Assembly: GCA_965199955.1 (NCBI GenBank)
Contig: CBDATQ010000002.1
Coordinates: forward strand, 1,312,001 to 1,376,000
Source: Spirochaetia bacterium
GTDB taxonomy: Bacteria > Spirochaetota > Spirochaetia > SZUA-6 > Bin103
Reading direction: 5' to 3'
Length of the DNA stretch: 64,000 nt
Of the stretch, positions 9,619-18,692 are shown in pieces; positions within the stretch are counted from its first letter, which is position 1; the number at the start of each line of letters is the position of its first letter. The translations under genes and the position numbers were made by a program. Under the pieces are notes generated by a model that did not search any database, had not been told where the DNA came from, and was given only the letters and a program-made list of their open reading frames with translations.

Positions 9619-10683
9619 GGTCCATCCCCGCGCGTGCGGGGAAACCGACCAGAACGCCGTGACGGTCCCGATAACCCCGGGTCCATCCCCGCGCGTGCGG
9701 GGAAACCCGCTCCTTCCCCTGCCGAAGAAAGGTCTGCCAGGGTCCATCCCCGCGCGTGCGGGGAAACCTAAAGGCAGCACGACCACTATGCGTACCGCCC
9801 AGGTCCATCCCCGCGCGTGCGGGGAAACCTGCGTCAGTCGATGGAGGACGGCACGGCCCGGCGGTCCATCCCCGCGCGTGCGGGGAAACCGGTAGGCGAC
9901 ATAGGGCGCGACCAGGTCGTCGGGGTCCATCCCCGCGCGTGCGGGGAAACCCCCCGTATTGTCGAGCGGTAGCAGCAGACTTAGGGTCCATCCCCGCGCG
10001 TGCGGGGAAACCTCCGATTGAATCTGCAAGCTTGCGCGCCTTGCGGGTCCATCCCCGCGCGTGCGGGGAAACCGTCTGCCGTCGGGTCATCGCCGATTGC
10101 ATCGCGGGTCCATCCCCGCGCGTGCGGGGAAACCCTGGCACGGCCGCCGTTCATCAGCATTTGCCAAGGTCCATCCCCGCGCGTGCGGGGAAACCGAACG
10201 AGCGGAGGTAAGGGAATGAGTTTGTCTGGGTCCATCCCCGCGCGTGCGGGGAAACCTCGCCGGGCAGCAAGATCTGCTGCCGCAAGATGGGTCCATCCCC
10301 GCGCGTGCGGGGAAACCATCCACCCCGGACGGTCAAGCGCGGGGAGCAGAGGTCCATCCCCGCGCGTGCGGGGAAACCCGGAACTACACATGCGCATGTG
10401 GGGGCGGATCGGGTCCATCCCCGCGCGTGCGGGGAAACCGCCTTCGTCACGGACCCATGGGGCCACAGCGCCGGTCCATCCCCGCGCGTGCGGGGAAACC
10501 CCGCAGAGACTACTGGCGACACTACTATTAGCGGGTCCATCCCCGCGCGTGCGGGGAAACCCAATATGTGTTGGAACCCGTGGATGGTCTATGAGGTCCA
10601 TCCCCGCGCGTGCGGGGAAACCGCCGAGCTCTTCGTCTATAACATCGAGCATCCAGGTCCATCCCCGCGCGTGCGGGGAAACC
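9619..10683 (-). CRISPR. Type I-E CRISPR array, 18 identical repeats and 17 spacers, period 61 nt
   Basis: 28-nt repeat GGTTTCCCCGCACGCGCGGGGATGGACC (minus strand) at 9619, 9680, ... 10656; 33-nt unique spacers; CCCCGC/GCGGGG hairpin typical of I-E. Confidence 0.99.
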
Positions 10684-10730
10684 TCTGCGTCATTCTGACC
10701 CAGCTTGATCCCTATGTCAAGATCGCGCAT

Positions 10731-10785
10731 TGCCTCACCAGGAATCTAACCCTGCCGAAAGCGTGCCTCACCTAAGAATCTAACC
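10731..10785 (+). repeat. Duplicated sub-terminal motif, probable transposase-binding sites
   Basis: tgcctcaccaggaatctaacc (10731-10751) and tgcctcacctaagaatctaacc (10764-10785). Confidence 0.75.
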
Positions 10786-10851
10786 GAAGCGGCTGGACCT
10801 CACGGTCCGGTCCGGAGCCCTTCGCACACCGCGGAGGAGGTTCCGAGGAGA

Positions 10852-12085
10852 ATGGGGCTGACGATGGGTGAGCGCAGGGCACTCACGGAGCAGGTGGCGC
10901 GGCGGTACCGCAGCGCCGCCAGGAAGGACAAGACGGTCATCCTCGGCGAGTTCGTCGAGGCCACCGGCTACACACGCAAGTACGCGATCCATCTGCTGAA
11001 CTCTTGGGGGCGCTACCCGCGTGGTGCGCATCGACGGACAGATGGTCAAGCTCGTGGTCGCACGCCCCCGGCACCCCAAGCCCCGCGCGCGACCGCGCCG
11101 CTACGACCAGGAGGTGCTCAAGGCCCTTACGCAGATCTGGTACGTATTCGACTTCATGTGCGGCAAGCGCCTGGTGGTCGTGCTGCGCACCATGCTGGCG
11201 GTCCTCGACTCGTTCGGCGAGATCCCGCTCAGCGACCAGGTGCGCGCCAAGCTGCTGAGCATCAGCGCCGCCACCATCGACCGGCTGCTGCAGCCCGAGC
11301 GCGCGCGGCTGCAGATCAAGGGCCGCACCCACACCAAGCCAGGCAGCCTCCTGAAGCACCAGATCCCGATCCGCACCTTCGCCGACTGGAACGAACAGGA
11401 GCCGGGCTTCTTCGAGATCGACCTGGTGGGCCACGACGGCGGCAACGCCTCCGGCGAGTTGTGCCACACGCTGAGCCTCACCGACCTCGACACCGGCTGG
11501 GTCGAGCTGCACGGGCTGAAGAACAAGGCGCAGCGTTGGACCCACGCGGCCCTGCAGGACGCACGCCGCACGCTGCCGATCCCGCTCAAGGGCATCGACA
11601 CCGACAACGGCAGCGAATTCATCAACCACCACTTGGTCGGCTTCTGCAACGAGCATCAGATCACCTTCACGCGCGCGCGCCCGTACCGCAAGAACGACAC
11701 CTGCTACGTCGAGCAGAAGAACGGCCACGTGGTGCGCCGCGCGGTCGGCTACCTGCGCCACGACACCGACGAGGAGCTGGGAGCTCTCAACGCCGTCTAC
11801 GCCACGCTCGGCCTCCTGGTCAACTTCTTCTACCCCTCGGTGAAGCTCATCAAGAAGACCCGCTACGGCTCCACGGTGCGCCGCGTCCATGACCAGCCCC
11901 AGACTCCGTATCAGCGCGTGCTGCAATCTTCGGCGGTGGACGCCGAGGTCAAGGCGCGGCTCAAACAGCAGTATGAGACGCTGAACCCCGTGGCCCTCAA
12001 GCGCGAGCTGACCCGATTGACCGATCACCTGCTGCGGGCGCATGCCGACAAGACACGGCCCCCGGCACGGCCGAGCAACCGATGA
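10852..12085 (+). pseudogene. DDE transposase (integrase core), split by a frameshift at G5 11006-11010
   Basis: N-terminus ..GYTRKYAIHLLN continues in another frame with ISAATIDRLL, FEIDLVGH, DTDNGSEF, RPYRKNDTCYVEQKN. Confidence 0.85.
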
Positions 12086-12351
12086 GCGTTGGCGCCGAAC
12101 GGCGGCTCGGACCGCTCTGGAGGGTCGCTCGGCCTCAGCGGGCCGTGAGCGGAGAAATCAACGCGCGAGGATTGCCCTCACGGCGTTTGCTGAGCCGGGT
12201 TGGTGTCCCGATACCCGCAGTGCGCTCCACCAACGTTGATTCGCGTCCGGCTCTGTGCACCGCTGCTGCCTGCGCTCGCAGACCACCTGCCCGTGTGCGG
12301 GAGCCTGGCGCTCGCCACGATCCGCTCCGATGGGCAGCTCCGCAACGGCAG

Positions 12352-13125
12352 TCACCGTCTGCAGCGAGCACTCTTGCCGCACGCGCCACGACGCCGCCCA
12401 CGTTGTATCCCGAACAGCGCCTCCGACCGGTGCCGGTGGCCGTGGCCGAAGTTGTGCTCTAGGTGGTAGCCGTGGTTCTTGAGGGTGTTGAAACCTTCAT
12501 GCTCGATCTTCCAGCGCGCCCGCGCGGCGCGCACCAGTTCGGCGACGTTGTCGGTGGTGGGCGTCAGGTCGGTGACCCAGGCGTTCTGCTATGTCACCGT
12601 GCCCGCCTTGAGGATGCGGAACTGGAAGAAGTTGATGTGCGCAGAGTTGGGATTGCCGTTCAGCGCCAGATCGGTAACCCACTCGTACTCCTGTCGTTCG
12701 CCGCGGTGGTCGGTATGGTGGCGGTTCAGCAGGTTGCCGCGGCGCAGACCGGCGACGTCCTGGTAGAGGCTGCGATGGTCACCGGGCTTGGCGACCAACA
12801 GGAACGAGAAGCGCGCCGCGCGGAGCTGCTCGACGAACGGTTTGGACTGGGAGTCGGAGGGGATCTGGGCGACGCCGAAGGTGGAGGAGAGGTTGTTGGC
12901 TTGCACTTGGTCCTGGAAGCGGCGCTGGAACTGCAGCAGGGAGGGGTCTTGGAGGTAGAACAAGGCGAGAGCGCTGAGGTAGCAGTCGCGCAGGGCGAAA
13001 CGGACTTTGCCCAGTTGGCGCGTGTCGACGACACCGGCGACGCAGGCTGCGATCGAGTCGACCAAGGAGCGGAAACGAAGTGAATCCGGCCCCTGCGCAA
13101 TCCCTTGGCCATGCGCGGATAGCAT
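12352..13125 (-). mobile_element. Fragmented ISNCY/IS4-like DDE transposase remnant
   Basis: LSALALFYLQDPSLLQFQ, LVAKPGDH, RARWKIEHEGFNTLKNHGYHLEHNFGHG; internal deletions and frameshift. Confidence 0.8.
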
Positions 13126-13270
13126 GGCCAGGACGGCGACGTATGGCTAAGAAGGCGTGCTGCTCGCGGACGGGCAGGCCGGCGAAGTCCTCGCGCCGGC
13201 CTGCCTGCAAGCTGTGGGTGTCGGCGGTGGCGGTCACGGTCCGATCAGCGTAGCGCGTCCGGCCGGCGGA

Positions 13271-14293
13271 TCACGTGGGCACGTCCACGGTGCCCCCCTC
13301 GGCCGCCGAGCGGTAGGCGGCGTGGATGATGCGCAGCGCGGCCAGCCCGTCGCGCGCGGTGACCGGCGGATCCGCCTCGCCCATGCACGCCGCAAGCGCG
13401 GATCTCACCCAGGGCGTGTAGCCGCCGCCCCGGCCACCGTAGCTCACCACCCGGGTGGGCTGGCCGGTGGCGGTCCATTCGAGCCGCCCCTGCTCGGCGA
13501 CGTTGATGCGCAGCCAGCCGGCGTCGCCGTACACGGTGATCGTGGCGTGTCCCTTCTTCTCCTCCATCAGGTAGCCGGAGAACAGCGAGCCGTGCGCGCC
13601 GCCGGCGAAGCGGAAGTTGACCAGGGCCAGGTCCTCCACGTCGATCGGCTGCCCGCCGACCACGGGCGCCATCGCCTGCACCGCCTCGATCTCCCGGCCG
13701 GTCAGCCAGCGGATCAGATCCAGGGCGTGGATGCCGAGCCAGGTGAGGTGCCCGCCACCGGCCAGCGCCTTGCGGAAGGTCCAGTCGTCCGTGGCCACCT
13801 TGCCCGGGATGCGCGACTGGTCGCTCACCTGCGACGCCTGCACGGCGTACAGCGATCCGATGCCCCCCTCCGCGATGATCCGCTGCGCGTCGACCTTCAC
13901 CGGGTCGCGGCGCTGCGCGAACGCCATCATCAGGTGCGCGCCGCGCCGCTCCGCGACCTCTACCAGGCGCTCGAACTGGTCGGGATGCACGCAGGACGGC
14001 TTCTCCGCCATCACGTGCACACCGGCCTCCAGCAGCGGCTCGATCACGGCCGGCGCGTGGGCGCCGATCATGGTCACGATCGCCATGTCCGGGGCGCCGT
14101 GGCGGAGCAGCGCCTCCACCGACGTCTCGGCGGCCTGCACCTTGGCTCCGCAGGCGCGCCGGGACTCCTCCAGCGTCGTGCCGGCGGGATCCATCAGCAG
14201 CGCCCGGTCGATGACGGCGATGCTGTCGATCGCCTCGCGATACGGCGCCTGGTGAGCGGCGCCCTCCTCGGTCACGAACGCGACGGTTGCCAT
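13271..14293 (-). CDS. Gfo/Idh/MocA-family oxidoreductase
   Basis: AGVHVMAEKP, GGGHLTWLGIHALD, DVEDLA motifs. Confidence 0.9.
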   Translation of the reverse strand: MATVAFVTEEGAAHQAPYREAIDSIAVIDRALLMDPAGTTLEESRRACGAKVQAAETSVEALLRHGAPDMAIVTMIGAHAPAVIEPLLEAGVHVMAEKPSCVHPDQFERLVEVAERRGAHLMMAFAQRRDPVKVDAQRIIAEGGIGSLYAVQASQVSDQSRIPGKVATDDWTFRKALAGGGHLTWLGIHALDLIRWLTGREIEAVQAMAPVVGGQPIDVEDLALVNFRFAGGAHGSLFSGYLMEEKKGHATITVYGDAGWLRINVAEQGRLEWTATGQPTRVVSYGGRGGGYTPWVRSALAACMGEADPPVTARDGLAALRIIHAAYRSAAEGGTVDVPT

Positions 14294-14338
14294 GTCTCAG
14301 CCTGTCTCCTTGCGATGCGGTACTATAGCCGGGCGTTC

Positions 14339-15325
14339 ATGCTGAAGTTCATCGTCCGGCGCGTGCTTCTCATGATCCCCACGCTGATCGCCGTGTCGAT
14401 CCTGTCGTTTCTGATCATCCAGGCGCCGGCCGGCGACTTCGTCGACACCTACGTGGCGGGTCTGCGGCAGTTCGGGCAGATCGTCGAGCAGGGACAGATC
14501 GACGCCCTGCGCGAGCGCTACGGGCTGAACCAGCCGGTGTACGTCCAGTACTGGAAGTGGGTGTCCAGCATGGCCCGCGGCGACCTGGGACGATCGTTCG
14601 CGTGGAACCAGTCGGTGACGAGCCTGCTGTACGAGCGGCTGCCCTGGACGATCCTGATCGCCTTCAGCTCGCTGCTGGTGGTCTACTTCATCGCCATTCC
14701 GGTCGGCAACACGTCGGCAATACACCAGTATTCCGTGCGGGATTACGTGTTCACGAGCGTCGGCTTCATCGGTCTGGCGGTCCCCAATTTCCTGTTCGCA
14801 CTGATCTTCCTGTGGCTGTTCTTCCTGTGGACGGGCAAGGCGGCGGTGGGCCTGTTCTCCAAGGAGTACCTCACCGCATCGTGGAGCTTCGGCAAGTTCG
14901 TCGACCTGCTCTCGCATCTGTGGATCCCGGCGCTGATCGTCGGCACCGCCGGGACCGCCAGCCTGATCCGCATCATGCGCGCCAACATGCTCGACGAGCT
15001 GCACCGGCCGTACGTGATGGTGGCGCGCGCCAAGGGGTTGACCGAGCGCCGGCTGCTCTACAAGTACCCGTTTCGCGCCGCGCTGAACCCGGTGGTCAGC
15101 ACCATCGGCTACACCCTGCCGGAGATGATCAACGGCGCGCTCTTGACCTCGATCGTGCTGGGCTTGCCGACGATCGCGCCGGTGCTGCTGTCGGCGCTGC
15201 TCACCCAGGACATGTTCCTGGCCGGCAGCATCATCTTCGTGCTCAGCGTCCTGACGGTGATCGGCACGCTGTTGTCCGATGTCCTGCTGGCGTGGCTCGA
15301 TCCACGCATACGCGAGGCGGTCTGA
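14339..15325 (+). CDS. Peptide/oligosaccharide ABC permease (DppB/OppB-like)
   Basis: MLKFIVRRVL, GDLGRSF, YVMVARAKGL loop. Confidence 0.93.
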   Translation: MLKFIVRRVLLMIPTLIAVSILSFLIIQAPAGDFVDTYVAGLRQFGQIVEQGQIDALRERYGLNQPVYVQYWKWVSSMARGDLGRSFAWNQSVTSLLYERLPWTILIAFSSLLVVYFIAIPVGNTSAIHQYSVRDYVFTSVGFIGLAVPNFLFALIFLWLFFLWTGKAAVGLFSKEYLTASWSFGKFVDLLSHLWIPALIVGTAGTASLIRIMRANMLDELHRPYVMVARAKGLTERRLLYKYPFRAALNPVVSTIGYTLPEMINGALLTSIVLGLPTIAPVLLSALLTQDMFLAGSIIFVLSVLTVIGTLLSDVLLAWLDPRIREAV

Positions 15326-15326
15326 C

Positions 15327-16439
15327 GTGGCGCAACCGGCGGCTCCGTCCGAGGAGCGGCTGTTCGTCGCCTCGCAGTGGCAGCTCATCCGCTGGAAGTT
15401 CCTCCGGCACCGGGTGGCCGTGGCCGCCCTGGGCGTGCTGGGGCTCTTCTATGTCGGCGCGTTCTTCGCCGAGTTCATCGCCCCCTACGACGGCCGGCTG
15501 TACGATCAGAACCGCGTGCTGCAACCGCCGCAGCGCCTTCGGTTCGTTGACGTGGACGGGCGGTTTCACCTGCGCCCGTTCGTGTACGGCCTCACGCAGA
15601 CGATCAACGAGATCACCTACGGCAAGGAGTACGCGATCGATCCGGGGCAGCGCCATCCGCTGGTGCTGTTCGTGCGCGGCGACGAGTACGAGTTCTGGGG
15701 GCTGTTCGAGACCGACGTCCACCTGTTCGGCTTCGCCGGCGGGCGCGGCTACCTGTTCGGCGCGGACGCGCTCGGCCGCGACCTGCTTTCACGGATCATC
15801 TACGGCAGTCGGATCTCGCTGACCGTGGGACTGCTCGGGATCGCGCTGAGCTTCGTGCTAGGCATCGTCCTGGGGGGCGTCTCCGGCTACCTGGGCGGCG
15901 CGCCCGACGTGATCATCCAGCGGCTGATCGAGTTCCTGCGCTCGATTCCGACCCTGCCGCTGTGGATGGGCCTGAGCGCGGCGCTGCCGCCCCACTGGAG
16001 CGTGACCAAGGTCTACTTCGCGATCGTGGTCATCCTGTCGTTCGTCGGCTGGACGTCGCTGGCGCGGGTCGTGCGCGGCAAGTTCCTGGCGGTGCGCGAG
16101 GAGGAGTTCGTGGTGGCGGCGCAGATCCACGTGGCGGGCCGCGGCTACATCATCATGCGGCACCTGCTGCCGTCGCTGTACAGCTACATCATCGCCTCGC
16201 TCACCCTGTCGGTCCCCGGCATGATCCTGGGCGAGACCGCGCTGAGCTTCATCGGCCTGGGGCTGCAGACTCCGGCCATAAGCTGGGGAGTGCTGCTGAA
16301 GGATGCCCAGGCCATCCGGGTCCTGGCCGACGCGCCCTGGCTGCTGATCCCGGCACTGTTCGTGATCGTCTCCATCCTGGCGTTCAACTTCCTGGGCGAC
16401 GGCATGCGTGACGCCGCCGACCCGTACGCCACCGTCTGA
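15327..16439 (+). CDS. ABC permease (DppC/OppC-like)
   Basis: FGADALGRDLLSRIIYG, ETALSFIGLG, FNFLGDGMRDAADP; GTG start after upstream stop. Confidence 0.93.
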   Translation: MAQPAAPSEERLFVASQWQLIRWKFLRHRVAVAALGVLGLFYVGAFFAEFIAPYDGRLYDQNRVLQPPQRLRFVDVDGRFHLRPFVYGLTQTINEITYGKEYAIDPGQRHPLVLFVRGDEYEFWGLFETDVHLFGFAGGRGYLFGADALGRDLLSRIIYGSRISLTVGLLGIALSFVLGIVLGGVSGYLGGAPDVIIQRLIEFLRSIPTLPLWMGLSAALPPHWSVTKVYFAIVVILSFVGWTSLARVVRGKFLAVREEEFVVAAQIHVAGRGYIIMRHLLPSLYSYIIASLTLSVPGMILGETALSFIGLGLQTPAISWGVLLKDAQAIRVLADAPWLLIPALFVIVSILAFNFLGDGMRDAADPYATV

Positions 16440-17560
16440 TGGCGGATCGCGCCTCCCGCCCCAAGACCGGCGCCTCCGGCCCCGCTCTTGGCCCATCCCC
16501 ACCTTCTTCCGAGGAGTCCGGCGGGCATTCCGCTGGCGCGGAACGCCGGCCGGATTCCTCGGGGACTGCGCTCCTCAGCGTGTGTGGGCTGAAGACGCAC
16601 TTCTTCTCGCGGCAAGGCACGGTCAAGGCCGTGGACGGCTTGAGCTTCGACCTGGCTCCGGGCGAGACCCTGGGCATCGCCGGCGAGAGCGGCTGCGGCA
16701 AGAGCGTCACTACCCAGTCGATCCTGCGCATCGTGCCCAAGAACGGCGCGATCGTGGACGGCAGCATCCTGTTCGACTCTCCCAGCCAGGGCCGGGTCGA
16801 CTTGGTGACCCTGGATCCCCAGGGCAGCGCCATACGCGAGATCCGCGGCGCCGAGATCGCGATGGTGTTCCAGGAGCCCATGACCTCGTTCTCGGCCATG
16901 CACACCGTCGGCAACCAGATCATGGAAGCGATCATGCTGCACCAGCAAGTCAGCAAGCGGCAGGCGCGCGCCGAGGCGATCGAGATGCTGGACCGGGTGG
17001 GGATGCCGCAACCGGCGGCGACCATCGACTCCTACTCGTTCAATCTCTCCGGCGGCATGCGCCAGCGCGCCATGATCGCCATGGCGCTGTCGTGCCGGCC
17101 GCGGCTGCTGATCGCCGACGAGCCCACCACCGCCGTGGACGTGACCATCCAGGCGCAGGTGCTGGACCTGATCAAGGACCTGCAGCAGGAGCTGGGCATG
17201 GCGCTGATCATCATCACCCACGACCTGGCGGTGATCGCCGAGCTGGCCGACACGGTCCTGATCATGTACTTGGGCCAGGAGGTGGAGTCGGCCCCCGTGG
17301 ACGACATCTTCTACCAGCCCCGGCACCCGTACACACGCGGGCTGCTCGGCTCGGTGCCGAAGCTCGGCGAGGGGGCGGCGCAGAAGATCACGCCGATCCG
17401 CGGGTCGGTGCCGACGCACGTCGAGCGCGTGCACGGCTGCCTGTTCCATCCGCGCTGTCCGGACTGCATGCCCGGCGTGTGCGACGGCGATGCGCCTCCC
17501 TTGCTGGAAGTCGGGGCCGGACACTCGGCGGCGTGCTACCTGTACGGCGGAGGCGCGTGA
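16439..17560 (+). CDS. ABC ATPase (DppD/OppD-like) with repeat-derived N-terminal extension
   Basis: [36 protein letters not shown]. Confidence 0.93.
   Translation: MADRASRPKTGASGPALGPSPPSSEESGGHSAGAERRPDSSGTALLSVCGLKTHFFSRQGTVKAVDGLSFDLAPGETLGIAGESGCGKSVTTQSILRIVPKNGAIVDGSILFDSPSQGRVDLVTLDPQGSAIREIRGAEIAMVFQEPMTSFSAMHTVGNQIMEAIMLHQQVSKRQARAEAIEMLDRVGMPQPAATIDSYSFNLSGGMRQRAMIAMALSCRPRLLIADEPTTAVDVTIQAQVLDLIKDLQQELGMALIIITHDLAVIAELADTVLIMYLGQEVESAPVDDIFYQPRHPYTRGLLGSVPKLGEGAAQKITPIRGSVPTHVERVHGCLFHPRCPDCMPGVCDGDAPPLLEVGAGHSAACYLYGGGA
16457..16562 (+). repeat. Dispersed structured repeat, copy A (inside 5' end of dppD-like CDS)
   Basis: cgccccaagaccggcgcctccggccccgctcttggcccatccccacctt then hairpin ccgaggagtccggc/gccggattcctcgg. 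Confidence 0.75.
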
Positions 17561-18591
17561 TGGGCGACCGGCAGCCGTTGCTGGAGGTCCGGAACCTCGT
17601 CAAGCACTTCCAGCGCACCCGCGGGCTCCGCCGGCAGGTGACCGGCGTCGTCAAGGCGGTCGACGACGTGAGCTTCACCGTGCATGCCGGGGAGACGCTG
17701 GCGCTGGTGGGCGAGAGCGGGTGCGGAAAGACGACCACCGGGCGTTGCATCCAGCGGGCGGTCGAGCCCACCTCCGGCCAGGTGCTCTTCCATCCGGACG
17801 GCGGCGATGCCGCGGTCAACGTCCCCGAGCTGGGCAGGAGCGAGCTCAAGGAGGTCATGACCCGGATGGGCATGATCTTCCAGGACCCCTATTCCTCGCT
17901 CAATCCGCGCATGACCATCGCGCAGACGATCGCCGAGCCGTTCGTCATCCACGGGACGCTCGGCAGCCGGCGCGAGATGGAGGAGCGCGTGGCGGAGCTG
18001 CTGCGCATGGTGCGCCTGGACCCGGTCTACATGACGCGCTATCCGCACGCGTTCTCCGGCGGGCAGCGCCAGCGCATCGCCATCGCGCGGTCCCTGGCGC
18101 TCATGCCGCAGTTCATCGTCGCCGACGAGCCGGTGTCCGCCCTGGACGTGTCCGTGCAAGCGCAGATCCTGGAGCTGCTGCAGGAGCTGCAGCAGAATCA
18201 CCACTTCGCCTACCTGTTCATCGCCCACAACCTGGCCGTGGTCGAGTACTTCAGCGAACGGATCGCGGTCATGTACGTGGGCAAGATCGTGGAACTGACC
18301 AGCACGCGCCGGCTGTTCGCGATGCCCAGGCACCCTTACACGGAGGCGCTCTTCTCGGCGGTGCCGAAGCCCGATCCCCGCTCCCGAGGCACGCGCATCC
18401 TGCTCGGCGGCGACATCGCCGACCCCGCGAATCCGCCGTCCGGCTGCTACTTCCATCCGCGCTGCCGCTTCGCGCAGCCGATCTGCAGGGAGCAGGAGCC
18501 GCCGCTGGTGGAGGTCGGCGCGGACCGGAGCGATCCTCACCTGGCCGCCTGCCACTTCGCCAGGGAGCTGGAGCTGGCCGGCGTGGTTTGA
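17560..18591 (+). CDS. ABC ATPase (DppF/OppF-like)
   Basis: GESGCGKT, FSGGQRQR, DEPVSALD, PPSGCYFHPRC. Confidence 0.93.
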   Translation: MGDRQPLLEVRNLVKHFQRTRGLRRQVTGVVKAVDDVSFTVHAGETLALVGESGCGKTTTGRCIQRAVEPTSGQVLFHPDGGDAAVNVPELGRSELKEVMTRMGMIFQDPYSSLNPRMTIAQTIAEPFVIHGTLGSRREMEERVAELLRMVRLDPVYMTRYPHAFSGGQRQRIAIARSLALMPQFIVADEPVSALDVSVQAQILELLQELQQNHHFAYLFIAHNLAVVEYFSERIAVMYVGKIVELTSTRRLFAMPRHPYTEALFSAVPKPDPRSRGTRILLGGDIADPANPPSGCYFHPRCRFAQPICREQEPPLVEVGADRSDPHLAACHFARELELAGVV

Positions 18592-18599
18592 CACCTCAC

Positions 18600-18665
18600 G
18601 GCCCCCTCCCCACCATGAGGCAACGAACGGGGCAGTCGGCTCGCGCGACCGTTCGTGGCCCTCAT
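18600..18665 (+). repeat. Dispersed structured repeat, copy B
   Basis: ggccccctccccacc then hairpin atgagg..acgaacgg/ccgttcgt..cctcat. Confidence 0.6.
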
Positions 18666-18692
18666 GCTCCGCATTCATTCAAGGAGAAGAGT

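Larger units (their letters stand above)
10715..12085 (+). mobile_element. IS element (ISNCY/IS481-like, rve integrase fold); left end present, right end not found
   Basis: TGTCAAG terminus at 10715, duplicated sub-terminal motif, DDE transposase. Confidence 0.8.

Noticed and set aside
9647..10655. Self-targeting spacers within the window
   Set aside because: No match noticed by eye; an alignment against the full genome is needed, so this is not excluded
9416..10775. Several long ORFs on both strands with periodic GFPARAGMD/VSPHARGW peptides
   Set aside because: Translations of the CRISPR repeats, not genes
11006..11010. Programmed frameshift or phase variation at short G runs (also 38925 and 58363)
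   Set aside because: Runs of 4-5 G are too short and lack slippery-site context; mutation or sequencing error is more likely
8325..12085. CRISPR-associated transposon or HNH-Cascade interpretation
   Set aside because: No TnsC/TniQ, no Cas7/Cas8, no HNH motif on Cas5 or Cas6; the IS end faces the array rather than enclosing it
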